Assembly: GCF_037042905.1 (NCBI RefSeq)
Contig: NC_087252.1
Span: 38,378,001-38,442,000, forward strand
Reading direction: 5' to 3'
Length of the DNA: 64,000 bases
Source of the DNA: Lytechinus pictus
Lineage: Eukaryota
The notes under the pieces were generated by a model. The model was not told the DNA's origin. It ran no database searches and was given only the letters and a program-made list of their open reading frames with translations. Shown here piece by piece: positions 40,500 through 52,400 of the stretch (positions are counted from its first letter, which is position 1; every line of letters starts with the position of its first letter). The position numbers and the translations under genes were made by a program.

Positions 40500-42500
40500 A
40501 TAACATTATTGCAAATTAATTTCATACATCCTCAGTCATAATGGCGTCTACTAATTGATTAGGGTCGGTTAGATAGTATGGAATTGACATGTCAGATCGG
40601 TTTACCGTTTCATACTTACCCGGTGGTGTCGTTTTCGGAGCCATTGTACAATTTCTGTACATTGACCCGGGGAACGCGGTATCCGAAGATGCGACTTCTT
40701 GAGCACATTTGCTGTTGCTAATCGGCTCGGTAAAAGCCGTTGATCCGATGATTATCCGGCCTTGAAATAGCTCTGGATTTGGTATTTGACGGGGGAAACG
40801 AAGGGCGGGTTTGTGGGGAACTGGTTTTGGGAACAACGGGTGTATAGCGAAAGGGGTAAGTGAGAGGGGTATTCAGTTTGCCAAAAGAGGGTAAACAGTT
40901 AGTAAGGGGTTACGAGATAAAAGGGTCCAGTTAAGGATTGTATTTTGAAGCAAATAGTTTGATGAAGGAGGCATTTGGGTCGTAAGCGGTCATGTGATGA
41001 ATTATCCGGATGAACGAGTGAGGTATATGGAGGAATTTTAGAGCAAAGGTGGTCAATACATGGAGGTATTCTGATCGGAAGGGGTAAGTGCAATGGGGTA
41101 TTTAAAAATGAGAGGGTGTAAGTAAGGGGTTATGCCGGATTAAAAGGGGTTGATGTGGGGGAGCATTATTTGAAGGTCGGATAAGTACCAAATAAATTCG
41201 GCGTAGAACATGTAAAATAGCAAGGGCATTTTGGGTGCAAGTATGGGAAGAGAGCGGGGAAATCCAGTGTGAGAGGGGATAAAGCAAATTGGTATATTTC
41301 AGAACAAAAAAATTGGAAAGTGTAGGGGCAGTATTCGTAAAGATACAAGTTGCGAATTGAAGGCGGATAGTGAAGATTGTTATTCCACAATGAATAAGGT
41401 TAATGAAGAGGGGATTTAGGAGCGAGAGGGGTAAAAGAGAGGGGTATTCCAATGCGAAGGCGGGAAGATGGATTAGGAATGGGAGTTGGTGTTGGAGCGT
41501 CGGTGGGATGTCGGGGGTTAATTCAGAGGCATTTCAAGAAGAGAAATGGGTTGAAGGGGGTATTTCACAACATCGTGTTGACAAACATCAATCGATAAAG
41601 AGCAGTTGACGGATCGGAAGAAAAAACTCGTGGGAGATGTATTGTGGATGATGGTGAGTCATGAGAAATGATTCCAGAATCCGTCAAGTTTTTGTAAAAG
41701 GTTAACCGTAAAAGATATTTGGTGCATTGGGAAGAAGGTGTCGGAAATGTACCAGTTTCGTTCAAAATTCGGATTTCGTAGTGCCATACGAGGGTTTCGA
41801 TATTCAGGATGGGAACGAATATTTCATAGTAATTTTGGAAAAAGAAGTTGTGTGTTTGTTCGTTTTTGTGGGTTTTTTTTGGGGGGGGTATTGTTCATTT
41901 TTTTAGTGTCGGAAACCAAACGGATGAAAAACCCGGCGATCGCCAGGGAAATTAATAAGAACAATTGTAAGTTAAAAGTGTTCACATTTGAGAATACCGG
42001 AATCCGAATAATCATTTACATCCACGGAGCAGAAAAGAAATAAAAAAGGTACACAAATATATAAAAAGGTTAAAGGTCATTTGGATAAATGTGTTAGTAA
42101 GAGGGTTCGTAGGAATTAGTAGGTACGGAGGTTAGGGCGCATGCGTACCATCAAGTCACGTGATGAGGAAACGTACACAATAAATAAACATAAGTGAATA
42201 CAATGGGTTTGAGTGCATTTGGGTAGGCAGAACGGAAAAATATGAATAATCATTAGTTTAGTAGGCCCATGTCACATCATTTAATGCATACTGTATATGT
42301 TCGTGTTAATACATGTATCTTAAACATTTTTCCTTATTTCTTGTTATGGCTTTAATATGCTCACTGAAATCTAAATCATATATATAGACATATCGTCATA
42401 TATTATATATATATACATTGTAAACTCCTGAAGAAGACGGAGGACCGTCGAAAATTCGAGTGAACAATAAAAACTTTATTGAAAATCAAAGCATTATCAT
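40500..42500. mobile_element. Unclassified ~2 kb element ending in the hammerhead motif; probable non-autonomous Penelope-like derivative; boundaries approximate
   Basis: Abrupt G-rich/C-poor plus-strand skew, broken minus-strand ORFs (40522-42015), hammerhead plus polyA signal, short TA-rich tracts around the right end. Confidence 0.45.
42424..42461 (+). ncRNA. Minimal type I hammerhead ribozyme motif of the Penelope-like-element class
   Basis: ACTC-CTGAAGA-A-GACGG(agga)CCGTC-GAAA-AT-TC/GAGT. Complete catalytic core, 5-bp stem II, 4-bp stem I (ACTC/GAGT), palindromic minimal stem III (AATT). AATAAA follows at 42466. Confidence 0.8.
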
Positions 42501-45500
42501 CATAAATATATATATATTTATAACATTAGGTTTCCAAGATCCTCCAAATTGAAACTTGAAAATTCTATGAAGATAAACCTTACTGTAGAATAACATAATA
42601 ACACTGTATCGAATATATTTTCAGTATTTACTGAAAAAGGTAATATCATGGAATCAAAATGGTAATTTTCAATTAATATTAAGAACACTTTGAAGTAATT
42701 AACCAGTTTGTATGAGCTCTTCTCTAAAGACTTTGATTTCTCTTTAAGAGCGTTAGTAACGCCGTTTTTTACGAATAGGGTCCCGCATGGCGTCTGAATT
42801 ATGACCTTTGAAAAACCAAGCTCCTCTTTTCAATTATTTACAGGTTATAACTTGGGATTCCATCTCCCCTAGCTCCCCTAAGCTAAAATATCCCTGTGCA
42901 AGTCAAATTGTGCGGAAGTCTTATTCATATTTCTAAGTACCATTGTCAGTAAAATTATAAAGTTGAGAAACAATGCTGATTCACAGACGAATTATTGTCA
43001 TTACCAAGAGCATGACAAATCACTGAATCTTTTATGAATTTCGTTTATAATTCTGCTGGAACATTAACATATTATCCGCGTTTTTGGTCATCCTGTTAAG
43101 CTTATGTTTACTTTAGCTTAAGGTTCACAATAATCTCTCTCGAATTCCCACCCCCTCCCCCAAAAATACATGGATGCAATATTCAGATATATTCAAACAT
43201 GTCATACACACTAAATTTCAAGGATTTAGAATAAGTCTATAGAGCGTTTGTGAAGGTGACCGGCCTAACGTTGAAATTTATTATTACTCATTTAGATATA
43301 TTTGTAAATCTCAAAGGAATGAGATTCAAATCTTTTTGGTTAAAATTCAATCCCAGGTTTAAAGGTTTAAATCTAAATATATTATTCGATTGGTCTCTAT
43401 TTCCAGCCGTTATGGACATGCCTAAATTTCTCAGAATTATCATTATTCATTGTTGCTTGAGGAATCGATCGCTTTTAATAGATAATAGTATTTTGTTTCC
43501 AAATAAAAATGAAAGTTTTACGAAATACACTCAGATAATACAATATAATGCAAATAATACTATATATATTCTCTGGAATGATCAATGTCTATACACATAA
43601 ATATGTTGTATCTACATCAGACACTTCTTTTTCAACTACCAAACTACCCGTTCCCCTTCTCGGTGAACGATCGCCCCCAGAGCGCGCGAACGATGAAGAA
43701 GAAGATTCCTTGCCACTGTGACAGATAAGACTCAGGAATAGACCGACCGTGGTTAACACGTAAAGGACCGTATGAATTGTTAACCAACCACGGAAGGCTG
43801 GGAGCTACCAATGAGGATGCGGTGTCCAGGGCACAGTGAGAGTCGGAAAGGGGCATAAAATAGCGAAGGCGCTACGGGGGTATTTGAATGACCCCCCCCC
43901 CCCCCCCACACACACACACACACCACCACCACCACCACCATCACAACCACCTCGAGGATAAAGCGAGCAAGAGGCACCATTAGTGTTGGTACCTCGAGCT
44001 TCTACTCTGAATAATAATAATTGCTATTGTTTAAAGCATTTAACCACCCATGCATGACTGTTCACATGAAAATGTCATGTCATACTGGAAGAGGAATATT
44101 GTCTGGTCATGTTGACATACAATAATTTGCCTTTAATCAAATATCTATACGGAATATTTTAAGTTTTATAAGTGTCCAAGAACTTTTTTTGCCGAGTGTA
44201 TATAAAAAAAATTAGTTCCATGATTTATGATAAAATTATGTTTTTCCTATGAGGTAATTAAGAGGTGAGTGAAAAATATTGACTAGCTAATAACCTCTAT
44301 TACTTCTTTATAAATTCTCTATATCTTTTCATATGTTCAAGATAGAAACAACTCGAATGTTGCATTACATGTTTTATTCTACAACCCTTAAAAATGCAGA
44401 ATCTCCTGAAATATGCACACTGGTCGCTGCACCATGTTGTTAGAGAAATATGTTCAATGATAAAAAACCCGTACGCAGTCAATAGTAAACAATAACCCAC
44501 AGATGAGACCGGTGGAGGTGAATAAAACAATGACGTCACTGTGTGGATTATTGCTCATATATACGTACAGGGATTTGCCAAGGGATACCACACTGTCGGC
44601 ATAGGTCGGTAATATTTGACTCCTCGGGAGAAATGGAAGGTCATAAAAGATGCTTGAAAATGCGAGTAAGGCTTAAATATACCCGACCTCATGAATTTTC
44701 GATTAGAGTTTCATTAACGAAGAGGTGACAATAAATTAACATTTTTTGGGAGCCGTGGTAAACAGGAAACCATGAGCGTGTAATTGCACTTAGACATTAT
44801 GCGAAATATTCTGAAAATCTTGCAAAAGCCTCATAAGACGTTTAATGAAGCAAAATATTATTTAAAACATTATGTGACTGAAAGATTAAAAGAACATAAT
44901 TTTGCATCACCAAGCATTCAAATAAGTTTTGCACAATCAAAATAAAATTGGTCATAATCAATTACTTTTATCAAAATCATGGATTAATAATTTGACGAAA
45001 CCTCTACATCCAAAAGAATTTTGATATTGTAAAATAGCCTTAAGAACGGACATACTGAAGCTTTTCGACATGCACTCTTTGGAGTAAAATCGCATGAATG
45101 ACTAAAACGCGAGATAAAAACAATATATAATAGAACCGAAACTAGACAATAGACGCTAATTAATTTTGATATTATTCACTTGTACTGAAAACAAAATATT
45201 ATGAGACTGGATACCAACGATAAAATGTGATAAATTCAAAGGTTCTTTCCGAAAATTGTAGATCTAACAATATTTGCCTGGGATTCGGTATAATCTGTTA
45301 AAACAGATTATCATCATTGTTATATTCCAGAATTTGGTCATTGAATTTACGATAAAATTATTTCAAAAAAGAGGGCATTTCTGGTACCCTGCCATGCGTT
45401 GCTACAATTCATTGATTCTAGGGCGGATGGTCGGGGGTTCCTTCCAAACTTCATGAAAGGCGAATGTCAAGATATTTTTTTTTCAGGAAGCTTCGTGTTT

Positions 45501-47270
45501 TACGTCATCGTGGTCATCAATTTGCTTTAAAAAAAACACCGCCATATTAGTAGTACAACCTGGTAAAACAGCCTTCATCATCTAGGTTGTATTAAACATT
45601 TATGCAAAAGGGAAAAAGAAGGTAGGGGCTGCAGATGAACAAAAAAATCAAATATGACAGAACTTGAGAAGAGGGGAAAAGGGATCATAAAGTAACGTCA
45701 GGGTCAAAACAAAATGGCATCAATATTTGGTCATCTTGCCCCTGCCCCAGAGCCGCCCCTGTTTAAAAGTATTTCGTAGAACAAATCTAGTAGTAATAAC
45801 TCCAACGCGATACGAGGTGAGTTTTATGCTGGAAGACAGCTTAATCAGTACAACGCGTACGGAATATCTTGAAAGTTTTAAGCAAGAATAGAGTGCCTTT
45901 TAACAAAATATTATAATGAATTATTGATGTGCTATCGGGGTAATTGCGAAAATTATCCAGGAAACGGCATTCACCTACTTGAAAATGAAAATGAAATTGT
46001 TTTTTATGGCATTTTAGTAGTATTTATGGCCAAGCGCACACGGTTTGGTGCGCGATGGGTAAACAAGGTCCGCCTCAACTTAAAAACAGTAAAATATACA
46101 TCGTATCTTACTCTCTGCAGTGAAAATGACCGACTATTCGAGTTTGTGGAATCAGCTTTTAGTCACAAAAATAATATTTGCTTCATATTTTTTACCATTT
46201 TGTTTTACAATATCGATTATCAAGGAGACACATGCACACTCCTTTTCTCATTAACATAACAGCACCTACCCTGGATTTAAACTTATTTTTCTTTGTAGCT
46301 TATCCGCTTATAGGATGGAAATAAGTGTGCACCATCCCTTAAGAACGATCCCTGTAAAGCCCACTAAGATGGAGCAGTGAGATACAGTTACGCGGAAGTC
46401 ATCTCGGACTGACGAGTAGACATGTCTGTGCGGTTGAGGGTAGGCCTACAGAGTTCGTCATAAAAATACCACTCCCAACCATAATTAAATTCCTCGTTTA
46501 AAGTGTGAATATCGACACTCTTAATAAATCTGGAAACGTGAGTCTACTTAGAAATTCACTAGAATTGGGAAATCAGTTTTGATTTAACAATCACTTGAGT
46601 TAGCAAAGGTATTCCACTGCGGTGTATGCCCCTAGAATCCGGAAATTCACTTAGATAAAATACAATGTAGATACATCTCTGCTTTATTTAAACCAAACAT
46701 GTGATGTAATTGAATGGGTATTAGCCAGAAATGTGATTACCTCATTCAAATTCCCCAACAATTAAGCCTTACACATTCCAAATAAAACAATATACCTGAC
46801 AATAAATTGATAACATAGGCTACGTGTAAATTGCGCACAAAAAAATGGGACACTTTTTTCTTCACCACTTTTAAGAATGTATCTCTTAACACATGTTCCC
46901 TCTTGAGTTAATGATTCACTCTTTACAGTGATGAGAGAGTTTGAAATGAAGTTATGGGTAGAGACTCATTTTACTGAATATGTTATTGGTTGTGCGGGGA
47001 ATGGATGCGAAGCGATGACAGCAATATAACGAGCCGATTACTCTCGGTTAAGTTTTCATCCAAAGAGATATCATGGGGGAAGTCAAGGATGCTGAGGCGG
47101 TCCATTGTTATTTTATGTTTATTATGTAAAATTGACCAAGTTCGAAATAAACTAGTCAATTTGACTAGGCGATTAGATAATCTCCCGGGTATATCCGTGC
47201 TAGGAAGAACGAAGTCTGTGCACACGGGTGAAACACAGTGTAGAAAAATTTTCGCACTGTTAAGCTTTAA

Positions 47271-47868
47271 TGGTCAAGTCCACCCCAACAAAAACGTTGA
47301 TTTTAATAAATAGGGATAAATCAAACAAACACCACACTGAGAATTTCATCAAAATCGGAACTAACATAAGGAATCTATGACATTTTAAGGTTTCGCTTAT
47401 TTTTCAGAAAAAAGTTATACGCACTACTCAGTGAAATGCAAATGAGAAAGTCTATAATGTATCTCATTCACTATTTTTTTTTTTTATAGTTTGAATTATA
47501 CATTATTTCATTTTTTACTGATGTGACAATAAGGACCAACTTGACTGAACCATAAGATGTTAAACAATGGAAATTCTACATGTTCAGGGAGAAACAAAAC
47601 TTTGTTTCACAGGACAATGAGGAGAAAATTAGAACATTTCATATTTCATAAAATAAAATCCAAAAGAAAAAGTGAGTAGATGACGTCATACCTTATTTGC
47701 ATACCAACCAGGATGTGCATAAAACTGTTTTGTGAAATTAAGCGAAACTATTAAAGTATCATAACTTTCTTATTTTACATCCGATTTTGATAAGATTTTC
47801 AGTTTTATGCTTTTTTGGATTTTTCTCTTTTTATTAGAATCAACTTTTTGTTGGGGTGGACTTGTCCT
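47271..47868. mobile_element. Kolobok-like non-autonomous element (related fragment ~30390-30790)
   Basis: TIRs GGTCAAGTCCACCCCAACAAAAA / TTTTTGTTGGGGTGGACTTGTCCT; TTAA on both sides. Confidence 0.8.
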
Positions 47869-47879
47869 TTAAGTGTGTT

Positions 47880-49000
47880 GATAGCATTTTCACACCGTCC
47901 ACTATATCCATGATGTTAAGACAATATGGATACCCATCTCCCTTAGAGGTGTCCACAATGTGAATTTATTTTCACACTGTTAGATTTGAGTATTAAGCGG
48001 AGTAAATATCATGTCAACATAATTAATAATGAACATTCCCACTTTATCATCACAGTTTTATTTGAGCAATCTTAACATGGTCTTCTCTAAAACTGAACAC
48101 ACTGTTGTGAGGCGTCACACTTTGTCTCCACACTATTAGATTTGAACAGTTTAACATAGTGGATCACATCTTAACATACACTCTAACAGTGTCTAAAAAA
48201 AAGAGTAAAAATTTACCCAATATTGGGTACAAAGGGAATATGCATGTTTGCTGAGTAATTTTTTTCCACCAATATTGGGCAAAATGCATGTTTGAAGTGT
48301 AAATTTCAACGCAAAATTGCGTAAAATTTACAAAATATGTATCTCTTTACCGAACAAATGTTCCCATTTTACCCAATATTGGAGAAAAAATTGTGGTTAA
48401 CATACTGTGAACACTAACACATTCTCTTTACATTGTTAACTTTGATTTCATAAATTTTACAGTGTGAGTCACATCCTAACATAGTCTCTATGTGAACACA
48501 CAATGAACACGCACACTGACACTATATCTTCACAGATTGTGTGTGAAGTGTGAAGTACATGTTAACATTATCAGCAATGTGAACACACATTGAACACTCA
48601 CTCTCACACTTTATCTTCAGAAATTGATTTAAGCAATTTAATAGTGTGAAGTATATCTTAACATAGTCTTATATGTGAACACACAATGAACACTCACTCT
48701 CACACTATATCTCCACAGTTTGATTTTAGCAAGTTTAATAGTGTGAAGTACATTCTTAACACCGTCTTCTATGTGAATACACTGTGTACACCCAGACTTT
48801 GTCACCCCAATGTTAAATTCGAATCTTTTTAGAAGTGTGAATCGCACATTAACATAGTCAGCAATGTGAACACACTGTGAACGATCACACCTTGTCTCCA
48901 CATTGGCACATTAATTTTTCTGTACAGTTTATTCGTGCAAATCACATCTTAACCATGTTAACAGAGTTCGCAATGTGAACACACTGTAAACACACTCTGT
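47880..49000. repeat. Degenerate tandem array, ~90-100-bp unit (related sequence at ~10355-10620)
   Basis: Recurring cttaacatagtc..atgtgaacacac..tgaacact motifs. Confidence 0.65.
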
Positions 49001-49190
49001 TCTTTCCATTAGTGCAGCCACTATTATTAGATCACTGACTTTAGGAAACATAACATGAATACATAAAGAAATACAGACAAAAACATAAGGACATTGAAAA
49101 AGACTCTGTCAATTATCGTCAAAAAGATAATTTACTTATTACTTTGACTAGATCTATTAATTACAAAGTCACCTTTGTTGTGGTAATTAA

Positions 49191-49394
49191 CCCTTTGCGC
49201 GCTGATGTTGCAATTTTGCACACTCGTACAATTAAACAACAATTGTAATAATTACTTTCTTCCCTATCTTCAAATTAGATAAGCTAATAAAAGGCAGTAG
49301 TTCTTGGATAAATCTATATCTTGAATTAAAGAAAATAACATGGAAACAATATTGCCATTATTATCCCCAAAAAAATAATTCAGTGTGCAAAGAG
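49191..49394. mobile_element. piggyBac-like MITE
   Basis: TTAA-CCCTTTGCGCGCTGA ... TCAGTGTGCAAAGAG-TTAA. Confidence 0.75.
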
Positions 49395-50513
49395 TTAACA
49401 TTTTGTCGGGGATGGGCCAGGTCACTAAACTGAAAAAAAGTATATTACCAAATTATTTCACGACCCGGTCATACCTTTTTTTATTCTTTCCTTATTAATT
49501 ATCCTCCATTTTCTATTCTGTTCTCATATTCATTTCTTCTACATGTTAACGACTTGAAAATTAATAGCCTGAAAATCTGGTTTATTTTGATGATTATTTC
49601 TGTCTGACGTAAATCACATACACAAACGCTTGGTGATTTTGAGCGATCCTTTCTAGTATCACTTTATAACGGAGATTTATCGAACAAATTAAACTAATAT
49701 CTGTGTGGATATGATACCTATCTGTTAAGCCAAGCGAGAGAGAGGTGTCTCGTTGAAATATCACAGGAATAAATATTTCCACCACAAAATACTCAATTTT
49801 AGCCAATTCTGAATGTTTTTCTAGATGTTTAAGGATGGGCAAGCGATAGATGATTGAAACAGTAGCGCTAGATAACTAGAAAAAAAATCATAAACAAAAA
49901 CACAAAATTTATTTTGTTTAAGTATGTGTCCTAATGGACACCCTAAACGAATTTAATTTCTAAACCACGTCGGGCGCTCGATCCTCGCTGTGACCCTGAA
50001 CGTTAAATTTCAAACCGGAAAGAATCTCCAGGTTTTGACCTCAACCAATCTTACCTTTGAACATGTAGAGTATATCCGTGTCAGACTAAACTTAATTTAA
50101 AGATGAAATAAGTATTAGGTGGATAATATGAACCCAAATGAAGAGTTCAATTACAAAAATTATGCAAATTATCAAAATCATGGTACCGCTTATGATTAAA
50201 ATTGCAGTTTTGATGTAGCACCAATATTGGTTGTATTGATCTTTTAAAACTCAGAACAAACCAATTAATTGTTCTTAAAGGACCGCACATCAGGTGTTAG
50301 AAATAATAAAAAATAGTCTGTTAGGACTATATAACAATAAATTATGTTTAATTGAATGAATATAACACTGAAATAAAAAGAAAATTTGTGCGGTCTTCTT
50401 TAATATGATCACTGTAGTTTTTAAAACCACTTGTTATGATTGTTTTGTTTGTTTTTTACTCATAACCTAAATGTGATGTTGACATGAATGTCAATATCGT
50501 ATTTCATACGTAC

Positions 50514-50580
50514 CTCCAACGGTCTCGTATATTACGAGACATAGAACGAGATATACCCAGTCAAAAACCCAACAATTCAT
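50514..50580 (-). CDS. Ig-domain cell-adhesion gene (IgLON/lachesin-like), coding exon 1: signal peptide MNCWVFDWVYLVLCLVIYETVG; whole exon is 50514-50629
   Basis: Acceptor ctttttcttgttattccag| at 50630. ATG at 50580. Hydrophobic core ending T-V-G-(A). Phase-1 donor GGAG|gtacgt, matching the downstream phase-1 exons. Confidence 0.75.
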
Positions 50581-51335
50581 CCTGATTGATCCTTTGAGAG
50601 AAAGAAATCCAGGAATATCCAATGGCAACCTGGAATAACAAGAAAAAGATTAATGGTCAATCGCAAAAATAAAACACTATAACAGACATCCATTATTCCG
50701 AAAAGTGTTTCATTGCAACACCTTGCTTAGGAACTTATTTACACCTCCTCACGCACACACACTTCCACACACACACACACACATCCTCACCCTTCCACAA
50801 ACACACCTACACACACACTCGCTCGTTCTATTTACCAAAGATAATCCAACCACACTGTATATCGTTTATCTATAATATGACTTTTTTTTTTATCAAGTTC
50901 ACACCTAGTTACCAATAATGCATGCAGCATTTCCATTTATTTGCATGCAGGATAAAAAAGCATTGTCGATTAAATTTAATTTTAATGTGTGCTTATTTAT
51001 ATAGTATGTATATGGCATATGCATAAGGGCCTTATTTTAATCTTGTCAAATAATATGGCAATTCGCATATTACACAAGTGATTCATTTAAAGCCTATATT
51101 TGTAAAATGATTTACGTTGCGTCAATTTCAAAGATGTATGTTTGTTTTACGTATAAGGCGTATGCTTCTTTTACGTATAAGGCGTATGCATAGGGGCCTT
51201 ATTGTAATTATATCAAACCTCAGTTATTTTGCAACCTTATCACTAATATAGTCACAACCCGAAAGAGCATCTTAAACATACCTTATGTGATGTGATGTTA
51301 CCGAACACATTTCAAGCTTTTATTTGTTTGTTTAA

Positions 51336-51751
51336 AGGCGACCGCACACCTTACGACTGGTCTGCGACCCGATTTTGGAACAAATCGCATTTTGCTCATT
51401 TTCTGAAGATGTGAATGGAACATATCATTTTTTTAAAGGTTAGAATTAATTGAAATAATAATTTTATAACAATTTTGAAAGATTGCAAGTCCTTATTTTG
51501 GTGTAAAGTCCAAATTAGTTTCAAATCGTAGCCAATCGTACGACTGCTATGACATCATTACGACTAGATATTAAAATCGCTTTTATTCTAAGAAGGATGA
51601 TAGCATAGCCACGAATTTGATCATAGGTATTCGTACGATGATTTAGAACATTACACAGTAAGATATTCCAAGTCTCAATATTAGCATCAAATTCTATTAC
51701 ATTTTATTCTGAAATCGGGTCGCAGACCAGTCGTTAGGTATGCGGTGGCCT
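51336..51751. mobile_element. PIF/Harbinger-like MITE
   Basis: ~40-bp TIRs AGGCGACCGCACACCTTACGACTGGTCTGCGACCCGATTT and their reverse complement; TAA TSD. Confidence 0.8.
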
Positions 51752-52112
51752 TAAAATGCGTAAGGTTGTGCTGTACTCTTAGACAATTAGCTCCAAAAAA
51801 AATTAGCTTTTATTAGCAGATATCATGTCCCTTGATAAATCTTATATTATTAATCATTACAATTTTGGTGCAGGTCAATTGGAAGATCATATATTGTTTT
51901 AAATGTCAGATGAAAGTATGGTTGTATTAAAAGTAGAGAGCTATTTCCCTTCTCAATTTACAAGAATCATATAACCTGTGCGATTTTCAAACTAAGCACG
52001 ACTGATTATAACATTGAACGTCTAATCAAATTCATATTGATTTACAGTATGTACTTTAACTCAGGCCAGCTAGACATAATACTAAAACCGAGTTTAGGGT
52101 AGATGCACTCAC

Positions 52113-52400
52113 CTCAAAAGTATGTCGTAGATTGTCTAAGGAATTCCACAAGATATATTTTTCCACGAAGAGAATTAAATATTGGAAAACAATAACCTCC
52201 TTTAAAAAAGTTAGTAAGTTCAAGAGAGGGTGATAGAAGCGGTCATTAAGTTTCCTCCTCATGCACGAAATGATTTTGTTCCTCGGGATATTTTCCCGCC
52301 TTGCTCGTTTAAGGATGTCGTCTGCTAGTAACGCACGTGTGCGAAATGCTGATGCGTTCGTCCGTTCACTCTCAGTCCAACCAACTCACACAGTGCGCAA
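52113..52400 (-). other. Putative first (5'UTR) exon of the Ig-domain gene; upstream boundary approximate
   Basis: Strong minus-strand donor TTTGAG|GTGAGT at 52113/52112, 1.5 kb upstream of an acceptor-bounded signal-peptide exon. CpG-richer sequence at 52280-52400. TSS not determined. Confidence 0.5.

Noticed and set aside
40510-40540. Minus-strand CTGAGGA-TGTAT-GAAA-TTAAT resembling a hammerhead core at the left end of the skewed element
   Set aside because: No stem II can form and the stem I strands do not pair.
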